Counted from the first letter of the stretch, positions 39,026-49,452 are shown. The stretch: DNA of 64,000 bases from a bacterium (GCA_965221165.1 CBDCRP010000003.1:1-64000); one strand, 5' to 3'. The notes: generated from the sequence alone by a model not told the origin. Program-made: numbers and translations.

Positions 39026-41311
39026 ATGGCTGAACTCTCATACGTCGGAAAAAGCGTGCCTCGCGTCGATGGACCGGAAAAGGTGACGGGCCGGGCCATG
39101 TACACCCTGGACCTCCAGTTGCCCAAAATGCTTCACGGGAAGCTGCTGGGAAGTCCCCTGCCGCACGCGCGAATCAAGAACATCGACACCAGCCGCGCCG
39201 AGAGGCTACCCGGCGTCAAACTCGTGATGACGTCCAAGGACATCCCCGAGGAAGTGGAATGGGGCGTCGTACCCGTTTGCTACGATCAGCGTCCCCTCGC
39301 CTCGGACAAGGTGCGACACGTGGGCGACTCGGTGGCCGCCGTTGTGGCGACGTCTGAAGACATCGCGAAAGAGGCGCTCGACTTGATCGACGTCGACTAC
39401 GAGGATCTTCCCGCCGTCTTCGATCCGCACGAGGCGATGCAAGAGGGCGCCCCCATCCTCCATGACAGATACCCGAACAACATCGCCTTCACCAAGCACA
39501 TGGAATTCGGCGACGTGGACCGCATGTTCGACGAAGCCCACCACGTGAGCGAGCTGGCCACCACCTCCTCGCGCCAGATGCACGGGTCATTCGAGATGCA
39601 CGTCTCCATCGCCGAGTGGTCGCAAAAGGGCGACGTGACGGTCTACAACTCCTCGCAGTGCCCGAGCCTTTCGAGCCAGTATTTCTCCAAACTCCTCAAG
39701 ATTCCAGAGGCCCAGATTCGCGTGATCACGAACTACGTGGGCGGGGGGTTCGGCGGAAAGGCGACGAGTAAGTTCAACATCGATTTCCTCTCCATCATCG
39801 CGGCGAAAAAGCTGGGTCTTCCCGTGAAATTCTACTATGACCGCGAAGAGGAGTTCCTTCTCGGCACCCACCGGACGAAGCAGTTCCACGTCTGGCGCAT
39901 CGCCACGGACAAGGACGGCATGCTCCTGGCGCGCGACACCCGGATGGTGGTGGAAAACGGCGGCTATTCCGATTACGGCCCGGCGGTCGGCGGCATCACC
40001 GCGCACATGGGCGGGAGCATCTACAACTACAAGGCCTATCGCCACCACGCCGACGTCGTCTGCACGAACGTGCCGCCCGGCGGCGCGATGCGCGGCATAG
40101 GCAACGGCGGCTATTCCTTTGGTTCGGAACTCGCGATGGAGAAACACGCCGAGGAAATCGGCATGGACCCGGCGGAGTTTCGCATCAAGAACTTCGTGAG
40201 GAAGGGCGACACCACCATCATCGGGGCCAAGATCACGAGTTGCGGTGTTTCCGAGTGCGTACAGGAAGCGGTCAAGCGCGTGCCCTGGCGTCAGGAACAA
40301 CCGAGCAGCAACGGGAAAAAGCGCGGCTTCGGGCTGGCCGCGGCGGTCCATTTCACCGGCGCGCGCGCAATGGGACCGGAGACGGCGGGCGCGTTCATCA
40401 AGATGAACAAGGACGGCACCGTGCAGTTGCTCTCGGGCACCATCGAGATGGGCAACGGCTCGGACACCACGCTCGCGCAGATTTGCGCCGAAGCGTTGGG
40501 TGTGCGCGTGGAGGACGTGCGGATCATCAACGGGGATACCGCGGTGAACCCCTACGGATGGGGCGTGCGGGGAAGCCGGACGACGACCATCGACGGCGAG
40601 GCTACGCGCCTGGCGTCGGTCCAGGCGAAGAACCTGCTCTTCAAGGGCGCTGCGGAACTGCTCGAGTGCGACCCGAACGACCTGGACGCTCGTGAGGGCA
40701 AGATTTTCGTCACCAGTTCTCCCGAGAGGCAGGTGACCCACAGCGAAGCCTACATGAAAATATACGAGAAAGAGGGTAGCGAGGCCGTCTACACGGCGTC
40801 TTCGTACGACTCGCCGAGCGAGACGCCCGACCCCGTAACGGGCTATGGAAACTGGTCTGCGGCCTATGCCTACGGCGCCAAGGTGGCGGAGGTGGAAGTG
40901 GACACCGAAACAGGCGCGTTCGAGGTCTTGCGGGTCATCAGCACGAACGACGTGGGAACCATCGTGAACCCAGCCGGCGCGCAGGGCCAACTGGACGGCG
41001 GCGTGCTGATGGGCGTGGGCTACGCCATGATGGAGGATTTCGAGGTCGAAGACGGCCAGCCCGTGAACGCGAACTGGCTCGACTACAAGCTGCCGACGAC
41101 GCAGGATTTGCCCGAACTCGAAGCGGTGCTCATCGAGACGGAAAATCCCTCGGGGCCTTATGGGGCGAAAGGGCTGGGCGAGATGGCGCAGTTGGGAACG
41201 TCGGCGGCGATAGGGAACGCGATCTATGACGCCGTGGGCGTGCGGATCACGTCGCTGCCGATAACGCCCGAAAAAGTGCTGGCCGCATTGAACGAGAAAA
41301 ACGGCGACTAA
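39026..41311 (+). CDS. Xanthine dehydrogenase-family molybdopterin-binding subunit
   Basis: PRVDGPEKVTG, SPLPHARI, VGGGFGGK, GAMRGIG, EMGNG, GQLDGG, GAKGLGE; GGAGG RBS. Confidence 0.95.
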   Translation: MAELSYVGKSVPRVDGPEKVTGRAMYTLDLQLPKMLHGKLLGSPLPHARIKNIDTSRAERLPGVKLVMTSKDIPEEVEWGVVPVCYDQRPLASDKVRHVGDSVAAVVATSEDIAKEALDLIDVDYEDLPAVFDPHEAMQEGAPILHDRYPNNIAFTKHMEFGDVDRMFDEAHHVSELATTSSRQMHGSFEMHVSIAEWSQKGDVTVYNSSQCPSLSSQYFSKLLKIPEAQIRVITNYVGGGFGGKATSKFNIDFLSIIAAKKLGLPVKFYYDREEEFLLGTHRTKQFHVWRIATDKDGMLLARDTRMVVENGGYSDYGPAVGGITAHMGGSIYNYKAYRHHADVVCTNVPPGGAMRGIGNGGYSFGSELAMEKHAEEIGMDPAEFRIKNFVRKGDTTIIGAKITSCGVSECVQEAVKRVPWRQEQPSSNGKKRGFGLAAAVHFTGARAMGPETAGAFIKMNKDGTVQLLSGTIEMGNGSDTTLAQICAEALGVRVEDVRIINGDTAVNPYGWGVRGSRTTTIDGEATRLASVQAKNLLFKGAAELLECDPNDLDAREGKIFVTSSPERQVTHSEAYMKIYEKEGSEAVYTASSYDSPSETPDPVTGYGNWSAAYAYGAKVAEVEVDTETGAFEVLRVISTNDVGTIVNPAGAQGQLDGGVLMGVGYAMMEDFEVEDGQPVNANWLDYKLPTTQDLPELEAVLIETENPSGPYGAKGLGEMAQLGTSAAIGNAIYDAVGVRITSLPITPEKVLAALNEKNGD

Positions 41312-41329
41312 CGAGGAGAGGGGATAACA

Positions 41330-42196
41330 ATGGCTTTTCGGCATCTATCCGCGAACAGCGCGGAGGAAACGCTCGCCGCCATGAAGGAGCACGGCGAGGA
41401 CGGGAAAGTGTTCGCCGGCGGCGTGGCCCTCTCGATTCTCATGAAATCGCGGGTGTACGAACCCGAGGTTTTGATAGACATCGCGGGCGCGGGGGACCTT
41501 GATTTCATCGAAGGAACCGAAAACGGAGGCGTCCGTATCGGGGCGAAGACGGTGCACCGCAAAATCGAACTCTCCCCACTCGTTCAGGAACGCTTCCCGC
41601 TGCTTGCGGAGATATTTCACAACGTGGCGACGATTCGCATCCGAAACCAGGGGACGGTGGGCGGCAACCTGTGCTTTGCGGAACCGGCATCGGATCCGCC
41701 GGGCGCTTTTTTGGCCCTTGAGGCCCGCATGAACACCAGGAAGGCGGACGGATCGGAGCGCGTGATTCCCGCGACGGAGTTCTGGACGGGATATTACGAG
41801 TGCGCCCTGGATGAGGATGAGTTGTTGTGCTCGATCGAGGTCGACCCGCTGCCCGATGGCTTCCGGACGGCCTGCACGCGCTTCACCACGCGCTCGAAAG
41901 AGGATAAGCCCTGCGTATCCGTCTCCACCGCGGTGCTCACCGAAGAAGACGGCAAAACGGCCAAAGAGGTGCGAATCGGCCTGGGCGGCGTGGAGGCCGT
42001 GTTCAGACGCCTCAGGGCGGCGGAAGAAGGCCTGCGAGGCAAGGAACTCACCCAGGAGAACATCGACGCCGTGCTCTCAGACGCGCTCGATGACCTGGAG
42101 CCTCTGACCGATATCCGCGCGAGCGGCGACTACAGAAGGCAGGTGACGCCCGTCTTGATCAGGCGAACCATTCTGAAGGCGTTGGGCGCATCCTGA
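41330..42196 (+). CDS. Xanthine dehydrogenase-family FAD subunit (CoxM-like)
   Basis: AGGVAL, IRNQGTVGGNLCFAEPASD, DIRASGDYR. Confidence 0.93.
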   Translation: MAFRHLSANSAEETLAAMKEHGEDGKVFAGGVALSILMKSRVYEPEVLIDIAGAGDLDFIEGTENGGVRIGAKTVHRKIELSPLVQERFPLLAEIFHNVATIRIRNQGTVGGNLCFAEPASDPPGAFLALEARMNTRKADGSERVIPATEFWTGYYECALDEDELLCSIEVDPLPDGFRTACTRFTTRSKEDKPCVSVSTAVLTEEDGKTAKEVRIGLGGVEAVFRRLRAAEEGLRGKELTQENIDAVLSDALDDLEPLTDIRASGDYRRQVTPVLIRRTILKALGAS

Positions 42197-42415
42197 CCTG
42201 AGGGCTTGGGTTTGTTACTCGAATTGGGGTTGATTGAGCAAGCTACGCCCACATAAAAATATGTTTCACCACGTCCGCGGATAAGGATGAGCGAGGCATC
42301 CTTTCGATTATTCGCTCCACAAGGGATACTTAATACTCGAAGAGGTCGTTTTCGTGAAACCGCCTCTTCAGTTGCAGGATGCTGCTTGTCGAACTTCAGA
42401 CGGTGGGACAGAGAT

Positions 42416-43768
42416 ATGAAGAGAAATAGGACAAATCGTTTCGGTTTAGCGCTTCTTGGATGTGTAACAGCCATGGCGTTGTTCGTTGCGTCGGCTGCCG
42501 GAGGCGAGATCGATGATATCAAGGCGCAGATCAAGGCGCTCATGAATCGGCTCGAAGGCATTGAAGCCCGAGAGAAGAAGATGAAGGCCGACATGAAGGC
42601 CGCGGCGGAAGCCGTCAAGACAAAGGCCGTGGCTACCGGCGACTTCCCGGGTTCCTGGAAGATGCCGGGGAGCAACACGTCGGTCTCCTTTGGCGGCTAC
42701 GTCAAGCTCGACGCGATCTACGATCTCGACCAGGCTCTGGGCGATACCTTTTTCGGATACGATTACGGGGGCGACCCGAGTCCCATTAAGCTGGATGACA
42801 GTGGTCAGCGCAAGTTCTCCATGCACGCCAATCAGACGCGCCTGCGTTTCGACAGCCTGACGCCGACGAAGATGGGCAACCTCAAGACTCGCATCGAGAC
42901 CGATTTCTTATACGACAGCGGCTCGCATCTTCGCCTTCGCCACGCCTACGCCTCTTTGGGTGGGGTGCTGGTGGGCCAGAACTGGTCGATCCTGGGGGAT
43001 GAGAATACCTACGCCGACACGATTGATGTCGAAGGGCCCGTGGGCGTGGTTGCCATACGTCGGCCCCAGGTGCGCTATACCTCTGCCATGGGGAAGAATC
43101 TCACCGCCCAGATAGCACTCGATGACCCCGACAGCCCGAAGATCCTGACCGTCAACGCTGAAAAGAAGAAAGCCGATGATCCGATTTTTCTCAAGAAGCC
43201 CTCCCAGGATCGGATTCCGAACCTTCTGGCGGCTCTGCGCCTGAAAACGAGTTGGGGCGCCATTAACGTGTCGGGCTTGGTGGGGCAGGTTCTCTACGAA
43301 GATAGGAAGCTGGGGGTGGAGGAAAATCTCACGATCTCCGCCCTCCACCTCGGCGCGAACGTCGGCTTGGGCAAGGACACCCGCCTCTGGGGGAGTTTCA
43401 ACATCGGCCAGGGCGGACTGCAGGGCTACATGGTCGGGGCGACCGCCGCCGCCACTCTGGGCGCGGGCGGTGAACTGGAGGCCGTAGACTCCACGGGCGG
43501 TTTTGTCGGCCTCACGCACAACTGGAGCGGCTCCGTGAGTTCGGGCGTGTACTACGGCTGGGTCGAGACCGATTATGAGGATTCCGCCAAGACAACCTAT
43601 GCGAGTGCCCACAGCCAGTCGCAGCGTACGCTCCACGTCAATTTCTGGTGGTCGCCCGCACCCAAGATGCGAGCCGGCGTGGAGTTCATACAAGGCTGGC
43701 GCGAGACCAACGACGACAGAAAGGGCAACGCTTCGCGCCTGCAATTGGGTCTTGTGTATAGCTTCTAG
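42416..43768 (+). CDS. DcaP-like outer-membrane porin
   Basis: Signal peptide, periplasmic coiled coil, FGGYVKLD, RIETDF, LRLRHAY, LVGQNWS, RRPQVRY, C-terminal YSF. Confidence 0.85.
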   Translation: MKRNRTNRFGLALLGCVTAMALFVASAAGGEIDDIKAQIKALMNRLEGIEAREKKMKADMKAAAEAVKTKAVATGDFPGSWKMPGSNTSVSFGGYVKLDAIYDLDQALGDTFFGYDYGGDPSPIKLDDSGQRKFSMHANQTRLRFDSLTPTKMGNLKTRIETDFLYDSGSHLRLRHAYASLGGVLVGQNWSILGDENTYADTIDVEGPVGVVAIRRPQVRYTSAMGKNLTAQIALDDPDSPKILTVNAEKKKADDPIFLKKPSQDRIPNLLAALRLKTSWGAINVSGLVGQVLYEDRKLGVEENLTISALHLGANVGLGKDTRLWGSFNIGQGGLQGYMVGATAAATLGAGGELEAVDSTGGFVGLTHNWSGSVSSGVYYGWVETDYEDSAKTTYASAHSQSQRTLHVNFWWSPAPKMRAGVEFIQGWRETNDDRKGNASRLQLGLVYSF

Positions 43769-43856
43769 GTTTTTCGTTCGAGGCTTGCGGCTCTCTGCTT
43801 GAATTGAGAGGCGTTGGGGGCGGGAGAGCCGCCCATTCCTTGATAACCTTCACTAA

Positions 43857-43893
43857 TAAAGCCCCGTCACCCTGCACAGGTGGAGGGGCTTTA
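43857..43893. terminator. Probable bidirectional intrinsic terminator
   Basis: TAAAGCCCC/GGGGCTTTA stem between convergent genes. Confidence 0.6.
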
Positions 43894-43962
43894 CTTTGTC
43901 GGCGCTCGGTCAAATGCGCTTTTTAGCGGGATGACGGCGAAAGGCTCCCCAAGCGTCTTGCT

Positions 43963-44634
43963 TCAACTCCCCGTTTCTTGTTTTCTCTTCCTGGCGGCCA
44001 GAAACTCCGCTTCCAATTCTAATATCCCATCGGCGATGTTTTGAGCGAATTCCCTGCGGTATTCCCGGCCCTTTCCTTGCGCCGGTTGGATGACCTCGCC
44101 CACCCGGATGACGAGCCAGGAGTCGAGGATTCCCCTCGGGCGGATAAGCGTATTCGACCCCGCGATATAGACCGGAAGAACGGGGGCGCGGCTCATGGCG
44201 GCGAGGGTGGCGACGCCTTCTTTCACTTCCACCTCGGCCGTCGAATCCACGATGCCGCCCTCGGGAAAAATCACCACCGCGCCGTTGAGGCTCAGGAGCC
44301 TGAGCGCCGTCCGGAAGGTGCTGGCGCGCACGGTCCCATCCCTGTCCACGGGAAAGGCGCCGAAATTGGTGATCAGCCTCGCGAAAACTGGATTGCGGAA
44401 CAACTCCCGCTTGGCCATGTGATACACCCGCCTCGGCAGGAAGGAGGCGAGAATAACGGGGTCGAGATAGCTGCGATGGTTCGAGGCGACGATCAGCGGG
44501 CCATCGGGCGGCACGTTGTTCATGCCGTGGACCTCGACTCCGCCGAAGGCGAGCCGAAAGCCCGCCTGGAAAATCTTTTTGAGCCAGGTCGGCTGGCCGC
44601 TCGAAGGCAGCGTGGATAGACGTTGCGTGTTCAT
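43963..44634 (-). CDS. plsC: 1-acyl-sn-glycerol-3-phosphate acyltransferase family
   Basis: NHRSYLD, MAKRELF, GAFPVDR, IFPEG. Confidence 0.9.
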   Translation of the reverse strand: MNTQRLSTLPSSGQPTWLKKIFQAGFRLAFGGVEVHGMNNVPPDGPLIVASNHRSYLDPVILASFLPRRVYHMAKRELFRNPVFARLITNFGAFPVDRDGTVRASTFRTALRLLSLNGAVVIFPEGGIVDSTAEVEVKEGVATLAAMSRAPVLPVYIAGSNTLIRPRGILDSWLVIRVGEVIQPAQGKGREYRREFAQNIADGILELEAEFLAARKRKQETGS

Positions 44635-44773
44635 TTTTGTGGTTCCGGCATTCTGTTTCCCGGCGCTCTCTTCTCCAAAAAACGATCCTCGCGAGCATGA
44701 ATATCCAGGCTTCCAGCTAGTTCATCATATGAAAATCTTCGCACTCTCCGCAAAGCATTCGGGAAGCGCGTCA

Positions 44774-46537
44774 TCAGTCGGGGCCGTGTTGATGGTGCTG
44801 CCGGCCGCGCCATACCTTGCCGAAGGCGTGGATCACGTCCTCGGCGGTGATGATTCCCAAAATCTCGGTCGGGTCCTCGCGGCTCACCACGGGCAGGCGC
44901 GAGATGCGCCTGTCACCGAGCTTGGCCATCACCGAATCGAGCGATTGATCCGGATGCGCGTGCATGATGTATTTCTTTTTCGCAATCTCGCCCAGGGGTT
45001 TTTGCAGGATGCCCGCGGCCTGCGCCTGGCTGAAGTCGTAATTACTCGCCATGCCGGAGAGTTTTCCGCTCGCGTCCAGGACGGGATATCCGGTGATCGC
45101 GCTCCCCCTCGTTCTCTGAATCGCCTCTTGTATCGTGATGTCCTCAGGCAGGGTGACGACGTCTCTGATCATGGCGTCGGACACGTGAATCTCGTGCAGG
45201 AGATGTTCGGTCTCATGGTCGGGCAGCGCGACGCCGTCTTGTGAGGAAAGCGCGCTGTATATCGGTTCGGGATGCCAGTATCGCGCGAGAGCGAGCGATA
45301 TGGCGTTGGCCACCATGAGCGCGAGAATGATGTTGTAGTCCTGCGTGAGTTCGAAGATGATGAGCACCGACGTCATGGGCGCGCGAATGACGGCAGCGAA
45401 GGCCGCGCCCATGCCCACGAGCGCGTAACCGCCCGGATGGGCCACGAAGCCGGGGAAGGCGAACTCGGCGAGAGAGGCCACGGCGCCTCCCGCCATCGCG
45501 CCCATGAACAGCGTCGGCGCGAAGATGCCGCCCAAAGAGCCGGTTCCATAAGAAACCGCGGTGGCGATGAGCTTCAAGACGAGCAGGGAGAAAAGAAAGG
45601 GCAGCGTATAGCTGTGCGTGAGCGCCTTGCTCACGGCGGGATAGCCCACGGCGAACACCTCGGGAACCCAGATGCCGACGACGCCCACGAACAGGCCGCC
45701 GAGACCGGTGGCGATCATGCCACGGAAGCCTCGCAGACGCTTCCATCCTGCTCGTATGAAGAGCAATCCCTTGATGAACGCCACGGCGACGATCGCGCAG
45801 ACGACGCCCACGAAGGCGTAGAGGAGCAACTCCAGGGAACTGTCCAGTGAATAAGCCGGCACGGAGAACACGGGTTCGTTGCCGAGTATGGCGCGCGAGA
45901 CGACCGAGGCGGAAACCGCGGCGAACACGATGGAGCCGAGTACGCGCGCGTTCAGGTCGCCCACGAGTTCTTCGAGCGTGAAAGTGACGGCGGCGATCGG
46001 CGTGTTGAACGCGGCGGCCAGGGCGGCGGCGCAGCCCACGGGGACGAGCGCCTGCACGCGCCGTCTTTTCAGCGAAAACGTCTCGCCTATCCAGCTCGCC
46101 GCGCCCGAGCAAATCTGCACGGTGGGGCCTTCGCGTCCCAGGCTCGAACCCGAGCCGATGTTGAGGACCCCGATGAGGAACTTGCCTATCCACACGCGCT
46201 TGTCGATGTGGCCGTTGTGGGCGACGTACGCGATTTTCGTCTGGGGGATGCCGCTGCCACGGGCTTCGGGGGCGAAGTATTGGAGAAAGAGCGCGGAGAG
46301 AAAAGCGCCCCCGGCAGGTATGACCGCCACCCAGTACCAGGCGCGGTGAATCTCGGAAAGATCGTGGGAGCCGAAGAGAACGTGATGCGCCCAGCCCAGC
46401 GCGAGATGAAAGAAGACGGCGACGAAGCCGGTGAGCGCTCCCACGATGATGGTCGTGAAGTAGAAGATGCCGTCGTCTGAGATATCGAAGTGGAGCAGCC
46501 AGCCGAGAAGTCGGATGCGAAAATTTTTCCAGCTCAC
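44774..46537 (-). CDS. ClC chloride channel/H+ antiporter with CBS pair
   Basis: GSGIP, GREGP, FNTPIA, GGIFAP, C-terminal CBS domains. Confidence 0.95.
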   Translation of the reverse strand: MSWKNFRIRLLGWLLHFDISDDGIFYFTTIIVGALTGFVAVFFHLALGWAHHVLFGSHDLSEIHRAWYWVAVIPAGGAFLSALFLQYFAPEARGSGIPQTKIAYVAHNGHIDKRVWIGKFLIGVLNIGSGSSLGREGPTVQICSGAASWIGETFSLKRRRVQALVPVGCAAALAAAFNTPIAAVTFTLEELVGDLNARVLGSIVFAAVSASVVSRAILGNEPVFSVPAYSLDSSLELLLYAFVGVVCAIVAVAFIKGLLFIRAGWKRLRGFRGMIATGLGGLFVGVVGIWVPEVFAVGYPAVSKALTHSYTLPFLFSLLVLKLIATAVSYGTGSLGGIFAPTLFMGAMAGGAVASLAEFAFPGFVAHPGGYALVGMGAAFAAVIRAPMTSVLIIFELTQDYNIILALMVANAISLALARYWHPEPIYSALSSQDGVALPDHETEHLLHEIHVSDAMIRDVVTLPEDITIQEAIQRTRGSAITGYPVLDASGKLSGMASNYDFSQAQAAGILQKPLGEIAKKKYIMHAHPDQSLDSVMAKLGDRRISRLPVVSREDPTEILGIITAEDVIHAFGKVWRGRQHHQHGPD

Positions 46538-46576
46538 GGCGTCTTACCCATGGAGAAACATTCCTCGTGCGGCGGT

Positions 46577-47179
46577 TCAGTGTGAGGGAACCCCTGTCGG
46601 ATGAGGACCGACGGGCGGATGAGGGGCGGGGTCGATTCCCTCCCGGCGGAGTCGATTTTCATACCATTCCTTCTCGATGCCGTTGGCCTCGTCCATCCGG
46701 GCCAGGTCGCAAAAGATTTCGATCCGGTGACCGTCGGGGTCGCAAAAGTACATGGCCCTGTTCTCTCCCCACGTGCCGTCGCCTTCGGGATGGGTGGGGC
46801 TGTGCACCAGGGGGCCGCGCACGATTTTAATTCCGCATTCCTCGAGCCACTCTTTCCAGGCCAGGAACTCGACCCGGTCTTTTACCCGAAATGCGAAATG
46901 ATGCAACCCCAGGTCCTTGATCGGGCCCTGATCGTCGGTTTTCAGTTGCGCCAGCGCGGGCTGCTCGCCGGTGTGGTATACTAGGTTCAAATCGTGATGA
47001 AACGCGGTACACCGCAGAAAACAAAGGCCCACGGCGAGGGTGGGGTGTTCTCCCGGGTCGTGGCGCTCCGAGAGGGTGAAGCCGAGAATCTCGGTATAGA
47101 ACCTGAGAGATTCCTCGATGTTCGACACCTTGACGGCGACGTGCTGGAGTTCTTGAAATGAGGTTTCCGGTCGGGGCAT
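46577..47179 (-). CDS. VOC-family protein
   Basis: LQHVA, FYTEILGF, FLRC..HH, GLHHFAF, YFCDPDGHRIE; AAGGAG RBS before ATG 47179. Confidence 0.88.
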   Translation of the reverse strand: MPRPETSFQELQHVAVKVSNIEESLRFYTEILGFTLSERHDPGEHPTLAVGLCFLRCTAFHHDLNLVYHTGEQPALAQLKTDDQGPIKDLGLHHFAFRVKDRVEFLAWKEWLEECGIKIVRGPLVHSPTHPEGDGTWGENRAMYFCDPDGHRIEIFCDLARMDEANGIEKEWYENRLRREGIDPAPHPPVGPHPTGVPSH

Positions 47180-47269
47180 GGTGCAACTCTCCTTGTTTTT
47201 GGCCATCCCGGGCGCGCTGCGTCGCGCGAAGCTGAATATAGCGCAACTTTTCTGTAGGAGAAACGCGGG

Positions 47270-48028
47270 TTGAGCCGTTTTGAGGGAAAAAAGGCGCTCG
47301 TAACGGGCGCATCGCGCGGAATCGGCGAATGCGTGGCGCATCGCTTCGCCGCCGAAGGGGCGAGCCTGTACCTGGCTGCCGATGGAACGCAGGATGAACT
47401 CGAAAACGTCGCACGCGAATGCGAAGCTGCCGGAGGCAGGGCTGCTATCGGGGTCTACGATCTAGCGGTTGAAGGAGCCGCCGAGCGCATGGTGGAAGCC
47501 GCCGCGGACGCTATGGGCGGCGTTGACGTTCTCGTGAACAACGCAGGAATTCGTGCAAGCCAACCATTCGGGACATTTTCGTATGCGGATTTTGGCCGCG
47601 TGGTCGCCGTGAATCTGCGCGCTCCTTTTTTCGCGAGCCAGGCGGTGCTGCCCCTCATGCGTGAGGCGGGCGGCGGCAGAATCATCCACGTCGCGAGCCA
47701 ATTGGGTTCCGTGGCGGCGCGCGAGACCGCGCTCTACAGCGCGACCAAGGCGGCGCTGATTCAGCTCACACGCTCCATGGCCCTCGAACTCGCCGGTGAG
47801 AACATTCTGGTGAACGCCGTCAGCCCGGGGCCTACGGCGACGGAATATCTCAAGAAACACGCCTACAAGACGCCTGAGGAACGCGCCCAGCGTCTGGGGA
47901 CGGTGCCGATGGGGCGTTTCGGCGAGCCGATGGAGATAGCGGGCGCAGTATTGTTCCTGGCCTCCCAGGACGCCTCTTTCGTGCATGGGCACAACCTCGT
48001 GGTGGACGGCGGTTATATCATTCACTGA
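47270..48028 (+). CDS. SDR oxidoreductase
   Basis: TGASRGIG, NNAG, YSATK, NAVSPG, VDGG; AGGAG RBS before TTG. Confidence 0.93.
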   Translation: MSRFEGKKALVTGASRGIGECVAHRFAAEGASLYLAADGTQDELENVARECEAAGGRAAIGVYDLAVEGAAERMVEAAADAMGGVDVLVNNAGIRASQPFGTFSYADFGRVVAVNLRAPFFASQAVLPLMREAGGGRIIHVASQLGSVAARETALYSATKAALIQLTRSMALELAGENILVNAVSPGPTATEYLKKHAYKTPEERAQRLGTVPMGRFGEPMEIAGAVLFLASQDASFVHGHNLVVDGGYIIH

Positions 48029-48122
48029 TGATGCATAGACAGTAAAATTTTCGTATCTGATACCGGCGGGCGAGGGACATCCATCCGCCGCCGCATTCAA
48101 AAGGAGCTTGAGAGCCGTGAGC

Positions 48123-49001
48123 ATGAAAGTGGGAGTCGTGGGTTTGGGCGTCATGGGCGGTGCGTTTTCGGGCCATATGCTGGACGCCGGCATGGAAGTG
48201 GCGGGTTATGACCCGCTCGATGCGATGTACGAGAAATTCGAGGGCAAGAACCTGCGCAGGGCATCCTCGCCTGCAGACGCCGCCAACGGGGCCGATCTGG
48301 TGATGACCTCGCTTCCGAACTACAAGATCGTGGAAGAGGCGGTGACGGGCGAGGGAGGCATTCTGGAAGGGATTTCATCCGGCGGCATCATCGCCGATAT
48401 GAGCACGGTTCCGCCGAAATTTTCCAAGGAAATGGCGGAAAAAGCGGGCGAGAAGGGTGTGAGTTGGCTGGATTGCCCGGTGAGCGGCGTGGGAAAGCAG
48501 GCCGCCGTGAAGGATCTGGTGGTGATGTCGGCAGGCCCCAGGGACGCTTTCGATAAGGCGAAGCCCGCCTTCGACGCCATCGGCAAGAAGACGATTTTCG
48601 TGAGCGAGCAAAACGGGTTGGCCGCCCAGTTGAAGCTCGTGGTGAATCTCGTGCTCTTCATCAACATGGCGGGGGCGTGCGAGGGCCTCACGCTCGGCCT
48701 CAAGGCGGGAATCCCCAAAGACGTCATGCTTGAGACCCTGTGCTCGGGCGCGGCCGGATCAAATGTGCTCGACGTGCGCGGTAAGGACATGCTGGCCGGC
48801 AATTTCCCCGAATCAGGCCCGATATGGATAGTCTTGAAGGACCTGGAATGCGCCATCGACTCCGCCAAGGACCTGGACGTACCCGTGCCGCTCGGCGGCC
48901 TGCTGGAACATTTCTATATGGCACAGCGGAGCAAGGGCAGGCAGCATGAGGACGGGAGCTCGATTTTCCGCATTTACCAGGAACTGGCCAACATCACCTG
49001 A
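48123..49001 (+). CDS. Beta-hydroxyacid dehydrogenase family
   Basis: MKVGVVGLGVMG, DMST, DCPVSG, KLVVN. Confidence 0.9.
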   Translation: MKVGVVGLGVMGGAFSGHMLDAGMEVAGYDPLDAMYEKFEGKNLRRASSPADAANGADLVMTSLPNYKIVEEAVTGEGGILEGISSGGIIADMSTVPPKFSKEMAEKAGEKGVSWLDCPVSGVGKQAAVKDLVVMSAGPRDAFDKAKPAFDAIGKKTIFVSEQNGLAAQLKLVVNLVLFINMAGACEGLTLGLKAGIPKDVMLETLCSGAAGSNVLDVRGKDMLAGNFPESGPIWIVLKDLECAIDSAKDLDVPVPLGGLLEHFYMAQRSKGRQHEDGSSIFRIYQELANIT

Positions 49002-49028
49002 GCGTGAGATAAGGAAGCGGTTTTCAGG

Positions 49029-49060
49029 GCCGGGTTGTCGGGACGAACCGGCTTTTTGTT
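49029..49060 (+). terminator. Probable intrinsic terminator
   Basis: GCCGG...CCGGC stem followed by TTTTTGTT. Confidence 0.6.
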
Positions 49061-49206
49061 GCCGTTAGTGTTCATTCACGCTTTGGTCAAGCAGGTGCGT
49101 GGATGCAAAAATAAGGCGATATACCACTTTAACTACTATCGGCAACTATCTGAAATAACATATATTCAAAAAATAATATTGAAACCTATCCCGCAACCGA
49201 ACTTTT

Positions 49207-49452
49207 CTAGCCGGTGACGGATGAGCGGATAATCTGACGCAACTCCTCGTCGTTCAGCCCGGCGATTTGCTCAAAGGTGATGAGGGCCATGGTGTCCGGA
49301 TCCCCCCGCTCTCCCCACCAGAGCCGGAAACTCTTCTCCTGGTAGCTGTAGCGGATATCCGCATCGACACCCTCGATCTCCCCGGCCAGAATGCCGCTGA
49401 TGCGCTCGGTCATGATGCGACTGTGTTTTCTTTGCGCCTCGATGTCTTCCAC
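49207..49452 (-). CDS. Hypothetical 81-aa acidic protein
   Basis: GAGGAG RBS before GTG; protein-like composition; no family recognised. Confidence 0.6.
   Translation of the reverse strand: MEDIEAQRKHSRIMTERISGILAGEIEGVDADIRYSYQEKSFRLWWGERGDPDTMALITFEQIAGLNDEELRQIIRSSVTG

Noticed and set aside
39587-41344. Long antisense ORFs (also 14943-16628, 19043-20398, 25530-26831, 29460-30863)
   Set aside because: They mirror well-supported genes on the other strand and carry no motifs of their own.
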